From Bugula neritina (Eukaryota; Animalia; Bryozoa), in contig OZ037766.1 of NCBI GenBank assembly GCA_964035545.1, positions 21,626,767 to 21,690,766 on the forward strand: a DNA stretch of 64,000 bases, given 5' to 3'. Within the stretch, counting starts at the first letter, position 1; each line of letters starts with the position of its first letter. Positions 1-12,243 of this stretch are shown here, piece by piece. The notes under the pieces are model-generated. The model searched no databases. It was not told where the DNA came from and saw only the letters and a program-made list of their open reading frames with translations. The position numbers and the translations under genes are program-made.

Positions 1-36
1 TTTAAACTGTGAACCAACATTAATATCTGTTGGCAG

Positions 37-3000
37 GTGAGGAAGGTTCTTGGTCTACCCCTGACACTGGTAAACTGGTTGTGGAGAAAGACACTGGCAA
101 TGCGCTGGCTATCAACTCTGGAACAGTTACTGTTAATTATAATATAGGTTATCAACTGATTTCAACACAGGTGATCTTTAATTCTTTTATTGTGTGGTCT
201 GTATCACTACTATTACTTTCTCCTGTCATAGAAACATGGATATAAAGTTTCATTTTTAATTGGCCATTTTAAATTCTGGACCAAATTTATCTATAGTTAC
301 GTCTTAACCTGTTTTAATAATATAAATTGCATATAGTAAAGCAATCAAATCAAAAGCAGCACAACTTGAAAAGGAGCACAACTCCAAAGTAATATTGTAT
401 CAGCCTTTTAATCAAGTGTGAATATTTTGTTGTTTAGTGAAATGATAGCCTTGTCGAAAATAAAATCAGTGTATAGATGTTATTTCCTGTCACAAAATTT
501 ATGTTTTCTCCAACAAGGTTGTTCACCCTGTTATATCAAACTTGTATATTTGTTTTATCCGGATAGCTTCAAATCCAGCCACTTACCCATCTAGACTTGG
601 ACACCAGACACATCAATTCTCTATCTTTATCTAAGCAAAAGTTCGACATTCCTGTACAGATTAACAATGCAGATAAAAGTAAGAATGTGTGTTATAGGAT
701 TTTATATTATTTATCATATTATGTAGCTGTTATATATTATACATCATGTTTATTTAAGAGAGTAGTTTTGCAATATATAAGTTTATGTAGAATGACAGGT
801 ATATTGAAAGATGAGAAATATATGACAATATTTATTGTAATGTTCTTTCCATGCTAAGCAACTGATTGTAATAGGATTTATATTGTAGGTTTAATTTGTC
901 TATTCTATATTATACAACATAAGAGTAAACAACCCCACAGACATAACAATATAGAATGTAGATGCATTAGTGGCGGCTTACACTCTTGTTTGATTACTAA
1001 AGTAAGAGTTGAATGTAGGTGGTGCTGCCGGTATACATAGACCAAATGCTGCTTATCCGTTCACATGTCACCTGTTGGCTGAATTCACTGGCTCTAATTC
1101 ACACCTACCAGATGTGTCTAGTTTATTTACTGCTGAACCTTCTCATGACCAACGTACAGGTAGGTCTGCAATAAATAGACTTGGAAGTTGTTTTTCCAGA
1201 TGTACTTTTTGATGACTATTGATATTAAAGAAAACCTGTGCCAATTGTATTTGTCTTTAATGCTTGGAATCTTTATAAATGCATATATTTTGATTTCATT
1301 TGTCAATACCTGTTTGTTAGTAAAGATAAAGTTTTAGGCCCAAACTATATTTATGGTGCAGTTTTCAATTGATTGTTGAATATTGCAGGGTCGTACAGCT
1401 GTACCCTCCTTGCTCAGTCTATTAATCCTCAGCTAAAGTTTCTACTTAGTGCGGTCGAGGGAAGTATTTTAGTCTCCGTCATATCTTTGGATAAAAAGGT
1501 CTCTTCTTTGCCATCAGCCATAACTTTCCTACCTCCCATAGATGTTCGCACCAAAGAGTTATATTTTACTGCAGCAGAACCACGGTCTTACTTAGAAGTG
1601 TCTGCTACTGCTACAACAATTTCTGAAGTAGATGTCAAGGTATAATATGTATTGTGTGTCTAGTGTAATATGCTGTTTTTTTGTCGGATCATAAAGTTTT
1701 GTTTACACCTCTGCTGAAAAAAGTACCGAGTTTTAGTTAATTTTACTCTTCCATGTACCAGTTTATAGTTCTACTGAAAATCGTTGAAATCAAATTGATG
1801 CGGAAGCTTACTTTCTAATAGTAAAATATGGCTCGCCTAGTTGCTATTTGATGCCCTTTGAAAACGTACTGAATTAGTAAAGTTGACAGCATAAAAGCGA
1901 TAATTGAGAAAGCAAGCCAATATAATTATAAACATGAAGTTTTTACTTGAATCGCTGAAGCTTTATTTAACGATTTTTAAATACTCAATCTATTAGCCAA
2001 AGTCATTATTGAATTTTTATTATTTTATATTTATTACAGTTTTGACGAGTGGCTTTTACAATGCAATGCAACTCGGTGAAGTTTCAACTCGGCAAAATTG
2101 AATTTCTGACTGTAAATCGTGATGATATAAACGCAACTTTATCTCAACATAATCTCAATCGTTTGAAGTTAAAAACATTCTCTTCACTCAATAGTGTTAT
2201 AATAACTCTTATTTACATGATGATATTTTTACCTATCTGCGCTCTGTCTTGTTCTAGTATTTATTTAGACGATGGTATAATCACTACTATGTGTATAATG
2301 TTGTTAGATTGAAGGAAGACTGTCATCTATGTTACACCATTCTTCCGCAAGCAGATATGGGGACGTGTATAGAATCCCCTTCCGTCTGTCAACTTATAGC
2401 CCTGAGTCTATAGAGGATACTATTGTGATAACAGACAGACTGAGTGAGGAAACCTATGAGATCAAAGTGCATATTCTAGCTAGTAACGGCACTGCTGGTA
2501 TGTTCTATGTAGTAGTCTGATTATACTGTGTTAGTGTGTCTTATACTCCCTATAATCTGTATTCTCATTGGTATTGGCTGTTAGATAGGGTAGTGCTGTG
2601 CAGTTAGTAGCATTGCCTCAAAATTAAGAAAATAAAATATTTTGTCTTCAAACTGACTCTCAGTAGGATGTTGAATTATCCATGACTGTGCTATTATCAT
2701 CTACTGAGAAGTAGTAATGCACTGCATGTGCTGTATACATATTACATGTGAATACACTGTATATGCTGCACTACTGTATACATGCATATTACACATGAAT
2801 GCACTCTATATACACTGCACATGCTGTACACTATATACCTATATTATTCTTTCTCCAGCGTCTCAGCCATCTCGAATAGGCCGTCTGCTGTGGGATAACA
2901 CAGACCTGCTGATATTTGTGGTGGCTTGTCTCATAGTCACTATAATCTGTCTCCTCATAGGTGAGAATTTACTTTACTAGCTACTGACTGTAAAGGAAGG

Positions 3001-4422
3001 GGAGGTCATTAGCAGACAGTTCTGTTGTACTATTTCTATATTGTCAATATCTTGTTGTGATTGGAACAGTTTCTAGCCACGTTATTGTGCACATGGAAAC
3101 ACTAAATTGTTTCTAGTCATTTATTGGGCATATGTAAATGTTCAACTAACACCTCAATTTGCTTTGATGATTATAACAACCACTGAGCATAATAAAAATT
3201 TAGTAGATAATCTGTAATGTGTAAAGTGTTTGTTATACTGTTTAGTATTAGCTTTTATAACACATTCATTGGTGTTGATCAGATCTAAAGTTTACCTGTT
3301 CATGGTTCAGGCTGTCTGAAGTCATATCTAATAGAAGTGATGGTAAATACCTTGTAAAGTCACATATATTTATACTTGTTTGTTGGATCTGTAGGATCTT
3401 ACAGTGTGCTCGGTTCTAAGAAACCTCCATCTCCTACTTCTGACAGCAGAATCTTTCAGAATGCCTCTCCGATCAGCTCTATTGGATACAGCCCTTCATC
3501 AGGTAAACATGTTCATGTCAATACAGCGTGGTCAATCTTTATGTGCTATAAAGATGTTTTTGCCCAGTACGCTATTGTTTCATTGGTTCATATTGGGTTA
3601 TAGTCAAAATTTTCTTGTAGCTATCAATCTCAGAGTCAAAATAGAAGTTGTGTTATTTAGTACGTTTTACTTAAGATTTTTTTGTGTTATTAATTACACT
3701 ATAATGATAATAATTTTGTGGTTAGATAATCACTTTAAAGAAGCAGTCATAGTTATGTGTTTTTGTTGGAAAAAGCAGTTCAGGATGATGGCAACATGAC
3801 CACTTTCGTAACTTGACCAAAATTATCCTTATAACAAGATAAATGTTATATTTATATATGTTTATATTATTTTATTTAGGTTATGTTATATGTTTTGTGT
3901 TGTATTATAAAAAGCTGTAGGCCAAGTGTAATTATAGTTGGTAGTTGTCTTTACTATAGCAAAACATTAGGCTGAATTGTTAGGATTTGTCTTACCAAAC
4001 AAGCATGTACTGCAATAAAGACAATGTTTGTTGAACTCTGTTTCACTTGACAATTTCTGAAAACTACTACAAACATGTTTTTTATTTCTAAGCTATGCAG
4101 TAGTGATTTTAGATTAACAATGAGTATATTAATATAAATATAACATTGATATAAAATCTTCGGTGATTACGGGACAAGTCTTTTATAATTAGTAATTTGT
4201 CTGATGACTGAATTGTGCACAGCAATGTGTAGTTATGCATCTTGTAAGGCTGATGAAGGAAATGTTGTAGGTGACTATGGGAGCTCACCATGGCAACGAC
4301 AGAGGAACTCGGGAGGTAAAGCTGCTCTTTGGAGCTCAGGCTATGAGCCACAGGAAGCTAGTCACGCAGACATCACACAGTTTAGAAAGTCTCCCAGTAA
4401 ACTGATGTCTCCATCTTTTTAG
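37..4422 (+). CDS. NUP210: Nuclear pore membrane glycoprotein gp210, 3' part (5'-truncated by window)
   Basis: Frame-compatible GT-AG exons 37-170, 567-678, 1019-1159, 1389-1639, 2308-2497, 2859-2960, 3395-3502, 4271-4422. Beta-rich Ig-like luminal sequence, one TM helix (LLIFVVACLIVTIICLLIG) and a Ser/Pro-rich tail containing ALWSSGY, resembling the gp210 C-terminal LWS motif. Confidence 0.75.
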
Positions 4423-6264
4423 TGCATAGTCTAAGTGTCTACCAACTGAATGGTTTACTATGCAGATAGTGACTCATGATATTTCAATTATTATTTTGAG
4501 TTTACAGGCAAGATAGACACCTCCTCTAAGGTCATACATTCTCATCTAACATACTGTTCTATATAATAAGTCATCTCAGCCTTCAGTGTCATATTAGACT
4601 TCAACATATGGAGTCTAGCCAAACTGCCAAATAGAAATAAACATAATTACATTATTATTTTAGCATTAAGTGTGAGTTTTGTGATGTTTAGAAAGCAAGA
4701 GCAGGGAATTTTGTACATACATCCTTATATTTACATGCACATTTTGTTGTACAGTTTATTAACTTTGTACTAGTATTTCTTTATCTTTTCCCAATAAATT
4801 CCTCATAAGTTACAATTTGAAGTTTTTTGTTGTTGGTAACTCTTTTCAGAAAAAAAGATTTGCTTAAAAGTCGATCCTGGGCTGTTGTGTTATTGTAGGT
4901 TAACATGTGAAAAATTTGGTCGGCATCTAGATGGCACTTTAGAAAAAGTAAATTTAATTTTTGCAAAAGTATATTGGAACAAGAGAGAGTCTATATAGCA
5001 TATTGGTTGGTGGCCTTTAACAATTTTTACACATGCATGTGTAAGTAAAAGCTTTCTGTCTGTAGGCCTAAGTATGTACATAAACTTAGACTGACTGTAA
5101 GTAAAATGTATAAAATAAACTGTACTTAAGGAAATTATAGTTGGCATGCACTTTATATTTGCACTGAATAGTAGACTTACAAACAGTAATTAAAATCAAA
5201 CTGTTATTTAGCATAATTTTAGTATTAAACATTTCTGCAAAATGATTTTTAATAGCTTATATGAAGCAAAAGGAAAAGAGAAGCCAACTCCTAGTTCGGT
5301 GATCTCGACAGCTGTACAGAATGTTATACAGCTATAGGAGAACAGTGTAGTTGAAATAATAATGTTATATAAGGGAGTTAGGAAAGTTGCACATGATAAT
5401 TTGTCAGCAAAGTGTGGAGTGATTGCAGTATTGTAAACTGCAAGGGCTCTATGAGATCTCTATATACTTTTCGGTGAGTCAAATTATTGAAATTGTAGTT
5501 CCATTATGATCTGATAACATATGAGAGTTTTACAACAGTTTTAATAATTATTCGCAAAAATACTGAAAAAACATCACACTATCAAAATTTTTTAATCTAT
5601 CAATTTTTTATATAGCATAGAAACGATATGTGCAAGTAAGAAATCACCGGCATGAGAAACCTCTTGGCATTGACACCTAACTTTGTATGTTGCATTGCAC
5701 ATACCTATATAATATAACAAAAATGTATTGCATGTGCAAAGTTGAATCATATCATAAGTGATGTTTTTGTTGAATATTTTTTGATTTCACAATGAAAAAA
5801 ATATTTTCTAAGTATTTGAGGAAGTAAAAAATCTACCACATCTCTTTGATACCATATGAGAAAATTTGCAGGCCTATGTTTAGTATTTGTACCCACACAA
5901 GCAACACAATATAAGTGTGTTAATTGGTTACTTAGTCCAACTCTATTGCTTGGTGCTATAATATACAATTATTATCCAGCAACTGGTTAACTACAAGTTT
6001 TGCAAAAAAATAAAATGATCCTGTCAAAATCTGCAGCAACTAACAGAAGTAAGCTTAGAGTGCAAGTAAACTAATAGCTCTACAAGTATATTGTACAATC
6101 ACTGTACACAATGTCTTAACTTAAACTTTATATAATCTCAATTTCAAAATGAGACAAGAAATACAGACTATTATAAAACATAAAAGCACTTTTAAGTTTT
6201 TGAGCATTTTTTCCTTTATACATATAAAAAAGCACCATTTTCGAAAAATGCTAAAATCTAGATG

Positions 6265-9200
6265 CTAACAGTCCCAGAACTCTTCCAACTGTGAAGAATT
6301 AACATGCTCAGCTGGTGAGGGAGTTTCGTCATTGTCAGAGTCTGACGATGTGTCGGGTTCCTCCATGTTCATAATGACACTATTTCCATCAGCAGTTAAC
6401 TCATAGTCCAATTTCTTCAGTCTCTCTCTAAACTCTTGTACAGTTAACTTGCTGCTAAGGTGACGGCTACATTGCCAGATGTGACTAACAGACAAATGAG
6501 TTCGACTCTTGTCTTCAACTTCAAAATTAGTGATGTGATAGTTGAACTGGCTGTTGACTGCGTATCTAATTTCATTGTTTATTAGTTCATCCTCAGTTTG
6601 ATTATGCCCAGGATATATGGCGGAGAACACCTACAATTATGATATAAAACTGATAAATAATTTATGTTTAGCCAATAAGAATTTTTTCAGATTTATTCAA
6701 ATTAGTGATGCATATCAAATTTTATTCAAGGCGCAACTTATTTTTGCTGTTCCAGTCTGATTACATGCAACTAAAAATGTAAAATATGTAAAAGGGAAAC
6801 ACTTTTTCAACTTTGAGTGTGGGCTCTTCATTGCCTTAAATTAGCTTTTCCAAGGTATCATAACTGGTTATTTATGAAAACCCAAACAATTTAGCTGGTT
6901 ATGCAGGCTCCTTACCATTTTATAAATTCCTTATGAGATAATTTTGGCTGAAAATTTGTTAGACCAATGCTGGCTATTTTAAGAACTATTTTCTATCCTT
7001 TTTTGCAGATTTCAAGAAAATGCCAAATTGTTATCAGATTGCAAAAGCTGATAAATAAATTTACACCAGCTGCAAGTAGTAACTGCTAAACAAATATGAG
7101 AAGTGACAATTAGTTTTAACGTGGTCACAAAGTTGAACTTGCTAAACTGTGAAAATTCTTATGAGGTAATTAAAAACAACCAACTATGAACTGGTTAACA
7201 TAAATTAATTTTACTCAGGTGTAAGCACAGCATTAATTTTAAATTGTCAAGTTGAACCAATAGCTGTGTATTTTTGAAATTATTATAAATATTTCAATGT
7301 TTTTTGAACACAGTTAAAAGAAACCTATAATTAGACCAAAATGTGCATTGAGCTGAGAGAGGACAACTTTGAATGATGTTAGATATTAAGTGCAAGCTAT
7401 GGCTTTTAAAGATGTAATTTTCCAACTATTAATTAACCAAAACAAACATAAAATTACTATAATTGAGAGCTGCCCAATTGAATTTATGTTAGTCAAAGCT
7501 AATAGGGTGCCTAGTGAAAAGCTGTTTAGAGTTCTCCGAAATACATGTTGACTAACGTCAAGTAGCATTTCCTATTCATTCAAAAGTTATTTAAACCTCA
7601 ATCATTAGCAAATAACAAGCTATATGCTGTAATACCATGTCAAGAGCGTTCTAACCTTCTCATAGAAAAGTGGGTGTGCGGAATCACCACAACCTAAGTT
7701 GGGTGTTGGAGACAGAGGATCTTTAACAAATACAGCTATTTGAGAGCAAGGACCCACATCTGCAGAGTTAGGGGGCGGGTCACCAACTCCGCTGTATGCC
7801 ACATTGTAGCCATAAGTCTGAGAGAGTCGCTCACTCCTGTAAAGAAAGTACCAACAAACAGTCAACTAGAGAATGATTAAACGTGGCACTTCAGTAGTAT
7901 ATTACCATGTGTAGCAATATTTATAACAAGTAAAAAGCAAGTCAGATTAACCAACGGCTATCAATACTTACCAGACGTTAAATTCTGCTCTCGTCCACTC
8001 AAACTTGTGGTCTGGATGTCTCATTCCAGAGAAATTAGGAAAAAGCACATTGAACTCTGAGTTTGGAGTTGTGACAACAACAACTTTCGGTCTGAGATAT
8101 GAGAAGACTGTTTCTTCAAATTGAGACAGAACTGAGGGATACAGGTGCTCTATGCTACAGCATAATACATTAGTAGTCATTATTTTACACTATCTAAACT
8201 CTAGAACTAATGGCTAGTTATAAATGCAGTCTGGAGAACACAACTCCTAAATATGTTATTCTCCATAACATTTATAAATTATAAATGAAGAGGCTGCTGT
8301 AGCCTGTAGTCTAATAAAATTAGTATACTCACACCTCAATAGCTGTGACCACATCTATCCCAAGCATCACCTGGTCTCTGTCAGCTATACTACCATGAAA
8401 TACCTCCACTTTTAAATCCTTCTTTCGTTTATGGAGGTAGTCAGTAGTGAGAGGTGTTAAACTATGCTGCACTGTATAATGTGAACAACAAAATAGACAG
8501 CTTGCAATACACTACAGGTAATCAAACATTCCATGAGCATTCAACATTCAGCCAAACAAAAAAGAGCCTTCTAGAATTAAGGGCAGAATTTTCGTAATTA
8601 TTTTCAAGTAATTGAATATGAATTATTTAGCCGATAACTCTATTTTACTGGTTTATTGGTGCAGCAAACACAATAGAATATTACAATAAGACATGTTAGA
8701 GGTTAAGACACGCAACCTACGCACCAGATGCAGATGCAACGAGATCTCTGTCGATATCAAGTCCAGCTATACGCTCCAGAAATGGTATTTGTATGGCTCT
8801 CTTCACAAACTTACATTCTGCACAACCAACGTCTAGCAGCTGCAAAGTAAGAACTCACATATAACACAATGTAATACCATATAACACAATGTGACACCAT
8901 ATAACACAATGTAATACCATATAACACAGTGTAATACTATAGAACACAGTGTAACAACATATACCACAATGTAATACCATATAACACATGCCAATGAACT
9001 ACAACATGGCTGTAGTAAAAACATAGCATGTAAACAGGCTCACTATAATTTTGTTAAAAGTAACTTGAACTGACATTCGATGGAAGTGAATTTCCCAACG
9101 TCAAAAGAAAGCATTATTCATAAAATGGTCAAATTAGCTGTTCAAAACATTTAATATATATGTTATATTTTATATAACAACATATAACTAAACAATCACA

Positions 9201-9805
9201 GCATTTAGATGTAATTCTAAGAACAAAATACGTAATTGAAAACAATTTACCGAGCTAAAACACACATTATTGTATCATCTTACATACAAATCCTAAACAT
9301 TTGATTGTGCTACATTAGCAAATGAACTCACGTAATAATCTATAATTAAACTTTCTAAATTTTAATGTAGCTACTATTTAATGATTTTTTGTTAGCTACC
9401 GAGACCAAATTTAGTAACATCAAACATGTTATTGTATTTAAAAATATGAAAAAAACCTTTGCAGCGAAACTGTTTTATATCAATGTATATAGTCAACAAC
9501 AAATTGCATGTGTGTACAATACTACACAATAAATATTTTCCAGCTGTAGTGTTCAACGAATTGAATTACTCAACATTTATAAGATGAGTCCCGCCATTGT
9601 GATAGTCTTGAATAACATTTCTAACAGCTTCATAGCGCTGACAGTAAAGAGGTGGAGAAAATTTCACATCGCATTTATCTTCTAACTGAGAAATAACACG
9701 GCTTTCTTCCTCAGTCTCTTTGTTAAAAGTACCGTGCACCCTGTCTTTTGCTGCAGTGTTGGGTAGAATGGACAGTGTATTGCTTGCTTCCTCTAGCTTC
9801 TCCAT
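6265..9805 (-). CDS. HENMT1: Small RNA 2'-O-methyltransferase (HEN1), ~404 aa
   Basis: Exons 9805-9575, 8839-8725, 8471-8333, 8154-7972, 7836-7656, 6630-6265. HEN1 motifs FSPPLYCQRY, SAM-binding LLDVGCAEC, IEVIEHL, TPNSEFN and RHPDHKFEWTRAEF. An in-frame TAA two codons upstream of ATG 9805 and an acceptor at 9817-9816 imply a non-coding first exon further upstream. Confidence 0.93.
8858..8990. repeat. ~20-bp minisatellite (ccatataacacaatgtaata), ~6-7 copies, in a HENMT1 intron
   Basis: Tandem units seen directly. Confidence 0.85.
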
Positions 9806-10953
9806 GAGTTACTCACTGCAAAATCACAGTAAAATTAGGTGACTAAAACATAGGACAATGAAAAGTTAGATGGGTGCATCTACAAGACCAAACATTTCTG
9901 TCAGCACAAGGACACAAGACTATATAAATGAGTCGAAAGAAGAAATAACTGTCTAGGCCTACAGAGTAATAGCACTGCAGCTAGTCAAAACACTGGGTAT
10001 GAGAGCAAGAATGACAGAATAGTTGAATTGCCACTAGAGGTCGGCAAAGTGTGACTAAATATCACTGTAGAGTCGAAACTGGATATAACTGTGATGCAGA
10101 GAGTATAATGTACAATTAACAGAGAGCCTGTATACCTATATATAACATCAATTTTTCCTTACACATTAACTTGCAATTCTAGCTGTTAGTGTCGTATTTT
10201 ATTTATACTGTTATAGTAATAGTAATAACCACCTCTTTAAAATTATCATCCTAATATTAATAATACTTGCTCTTAGCAATAGTATTAATATTATACTAAT
10301 ACTGATCAACAATTGATTACATAATTATTATTAAAGTTTACTATTACTAATACTGCTACTAGTAATATTAGACTTAGTATTACTAGTAGCAAACATTATA
10401 GATATAAGTAGAATACTCAAATTGACACACTCATACAATTATAGTGATACTAATGGTGCTAGTAAATTATAAATGTAATCTAATAGTTTAGGCTACCCTG
10501 ATAATTATATACTCTTATTGACGTTTAGTTTTACAAGAAATAGTATTACAAATAACAACAAAAATAAATATCAGTGTCACTATCAGTATGAGGATCAGAA
10601 TGATAATCAGGACCATCGACATTGCTAAGAGTTACTGTGACTGTTTTAGTCTATCATTCCATAATTAAGAGTATGACCAAGAGGAAGTCTAACTTAAGCT
10701 TATGACTCAGGGTGAGTGAAGCAGAAATATCAATATCAATATGAATATGAATACCAATACCATGACTATTATCACATTGAGTCTGACACTCACAAGAAAA
10801 CTCAAACTGAATCACAATAATAATATCACTATAATTATAGCATTATTCACAATCATAATGATAATGTAGTTCACTAATTGTAATAATCATAATAAAACCA
10901 CGCAAAACGCCTTCACAGCCACGTCCTATGAGTATCAGTATGAGTATGAGTAT

Positions 10954-11258
10954 TGTGGTGGTTCGTGGAACTACCAGCAGCACAACATGTAGGGTCGCGT
11001 AATTGACCCGGAACAATGGATAGCCAATTAGCGTATTTGATAGTTAGTAGCAATTATAGTTTCCCGCTGCTAAGTCAGTCGAAGCTAGAGTGTCAAATAG
11101 ATTAGATGTATAACTTGTCTGAATATAATGTATCGTTTTTATAATGTATAATTGTGTGTAAAATATACTCGTTCACTCGACTTATCCTGGTGCAGTTCGA
11201 TAGCAAATAAATAGACTCTCTGGATAGCATATCAACCCTAAATCTGAAAAACATAACA
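10954..11258 (+). repeat. 5' LTR (305 bp)
   Basis: Starts TGTGGTGG, ends TAACA; no differences from the 3' copy found by eye; AATAAA at 11206-11211. Confidence 0.97.
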
Positions 11259-11259
11259 G

Positions 11260-11277
11260 TGGTGGCAGCGGTGGGAT
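11260..11277 (+). other. Primer-binding site for tRNA-Leu
   Basis: TGGTGGCAGCGGTGGGAT is the reverse complement of the 3' 18 nt (ATCCCACCGCTGCCACCA) of eukaryotic tRNA-Leu(AAG-type), 1 nt after the LTR. Confidence 0.9.
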
Positions 11278-11289
11278 AGTGCATCCAAG

Positions 11290-12243
11290 ATGGAGACTGA
11301 AAATGCTGGAACTCAACCACCGGCAGTAGAAGGTGAGCGTAGAGACAATGCTGTAGAGACAATGCCTGTTAACCATGTAGTAGAAGAGCGAAGGGTTTCG
11401 CGAGAACTAACTGAAGACCGCTACCGGTTAAAGGCGCCCACCTTCACGGGTGAAGAGGAGGTGGAACAATTTATCCAAGAGTTTAGCGACGTAATGGACG
11501 TCGCCCAGTGGCCCCCTAGGGTGGCCTTGCTGAAGCTTAGAATGGCATTGATGGACAAAGCCAAGCCTTATGGGCTGGGCGTAGACATTGATAATATCTT
11601 TGCTTCTCTGCGGGCCCGCTTCGGCCTCTCTGCTACAGATGCCAGGGCCCGATTGCAGAGGTTGCGGCGTGATCTCCGCACCCCGCTGCGGGAGCACGCC
11701 GCCGCGGTCATGAAGCTGGCACAGATCGCGTACAGCGACTTGCCCCCAGTCAACCGCGAGAGGTATACCCTCGACGCTTTCATAGCATCTGTCGACGATC
11801 TGGGTCTCCACCACCAGTTTCTAGCTAGGGGAGTCACCACCGTTGAAGATGCTCTGACTGAGGGGGAAGCTTACCTCCTAGCTAATCAAATGCATAAAAG
11901 TCGCGGAAGCTCCCGTCAAGTGGAGATAGACCGCGCAGACACGGCCGCGGGACAAGAGGAGGAAACCCCCGCCGCGGCTGCCGTGTCCCAGTTGGCGACG
12001 GCATCGAAAGTCACTCAACTGACAGACATGCTAGCCAAGCTGATAGCCACACTGACACCACAAACCCCAGTGAGTACCGCCCCTGAGCCCATGCAGCCAC
12101 CGGCGCCGCCACCGGGAGAAACAGTCAGTTTTTGCTGGGAGTGCGGAAATCAAGGGCATTTCCGCCGATACTGTCCCTTCCTAAATCAGGGGTTAAACTA
12201 CCGCGGCCCGCAGATGTTCCCACCTCTTGCGGGCCGACGATGA
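11290..12243 (+). CDS. gag: Gag (capsid-like domain plus CCHC zinc knuckle)
   Basis: 317-aa ORF; KAPTFTG capsid-start motif and CWECGNQGHFRRYC knuckle. Confidence 0.95.
   Translation: METENAGTQPPAVEGERRDNAVETMPVNHVVEERRVSRELTEDRYRLKAPTFTGEEEVEQFIQEFSDVMDVAQWPPRVALLKLRMALMDKAKPYGLGVDIDNIFASLRARFGLSATDARARLQRLRRDLRTPLREHAAAVMKLAQIAYSDLPPVNRERYTLDAFIASVDDLGLHHQFLARGVTTVEDALTEGEAYLLANQMHKSRGSSRQVEIDRADTAAGQEEETPAAAAVSQLATASKVTQLTDMLAKLIATLTPQTPVSTAPEPMQPPAPPPGETVSFCWECGNQGHFRRYCPFLNQGLNYRGPQMFPPLAGRR

Noticed and set aside
4201-4256. Possible C/D snoRNA (TGATGA...CTGA) in the last NUP210 intron
   Set aside because: Too short, too close to the acceptor, no terminal stem.
10030-10046. CTCF-like motif CCACTAGAGGTCGG between HENMT1 and the LTR
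   Set aside because: Mismatch in the core GGC and a single occurrence; not distinguishable from chance.
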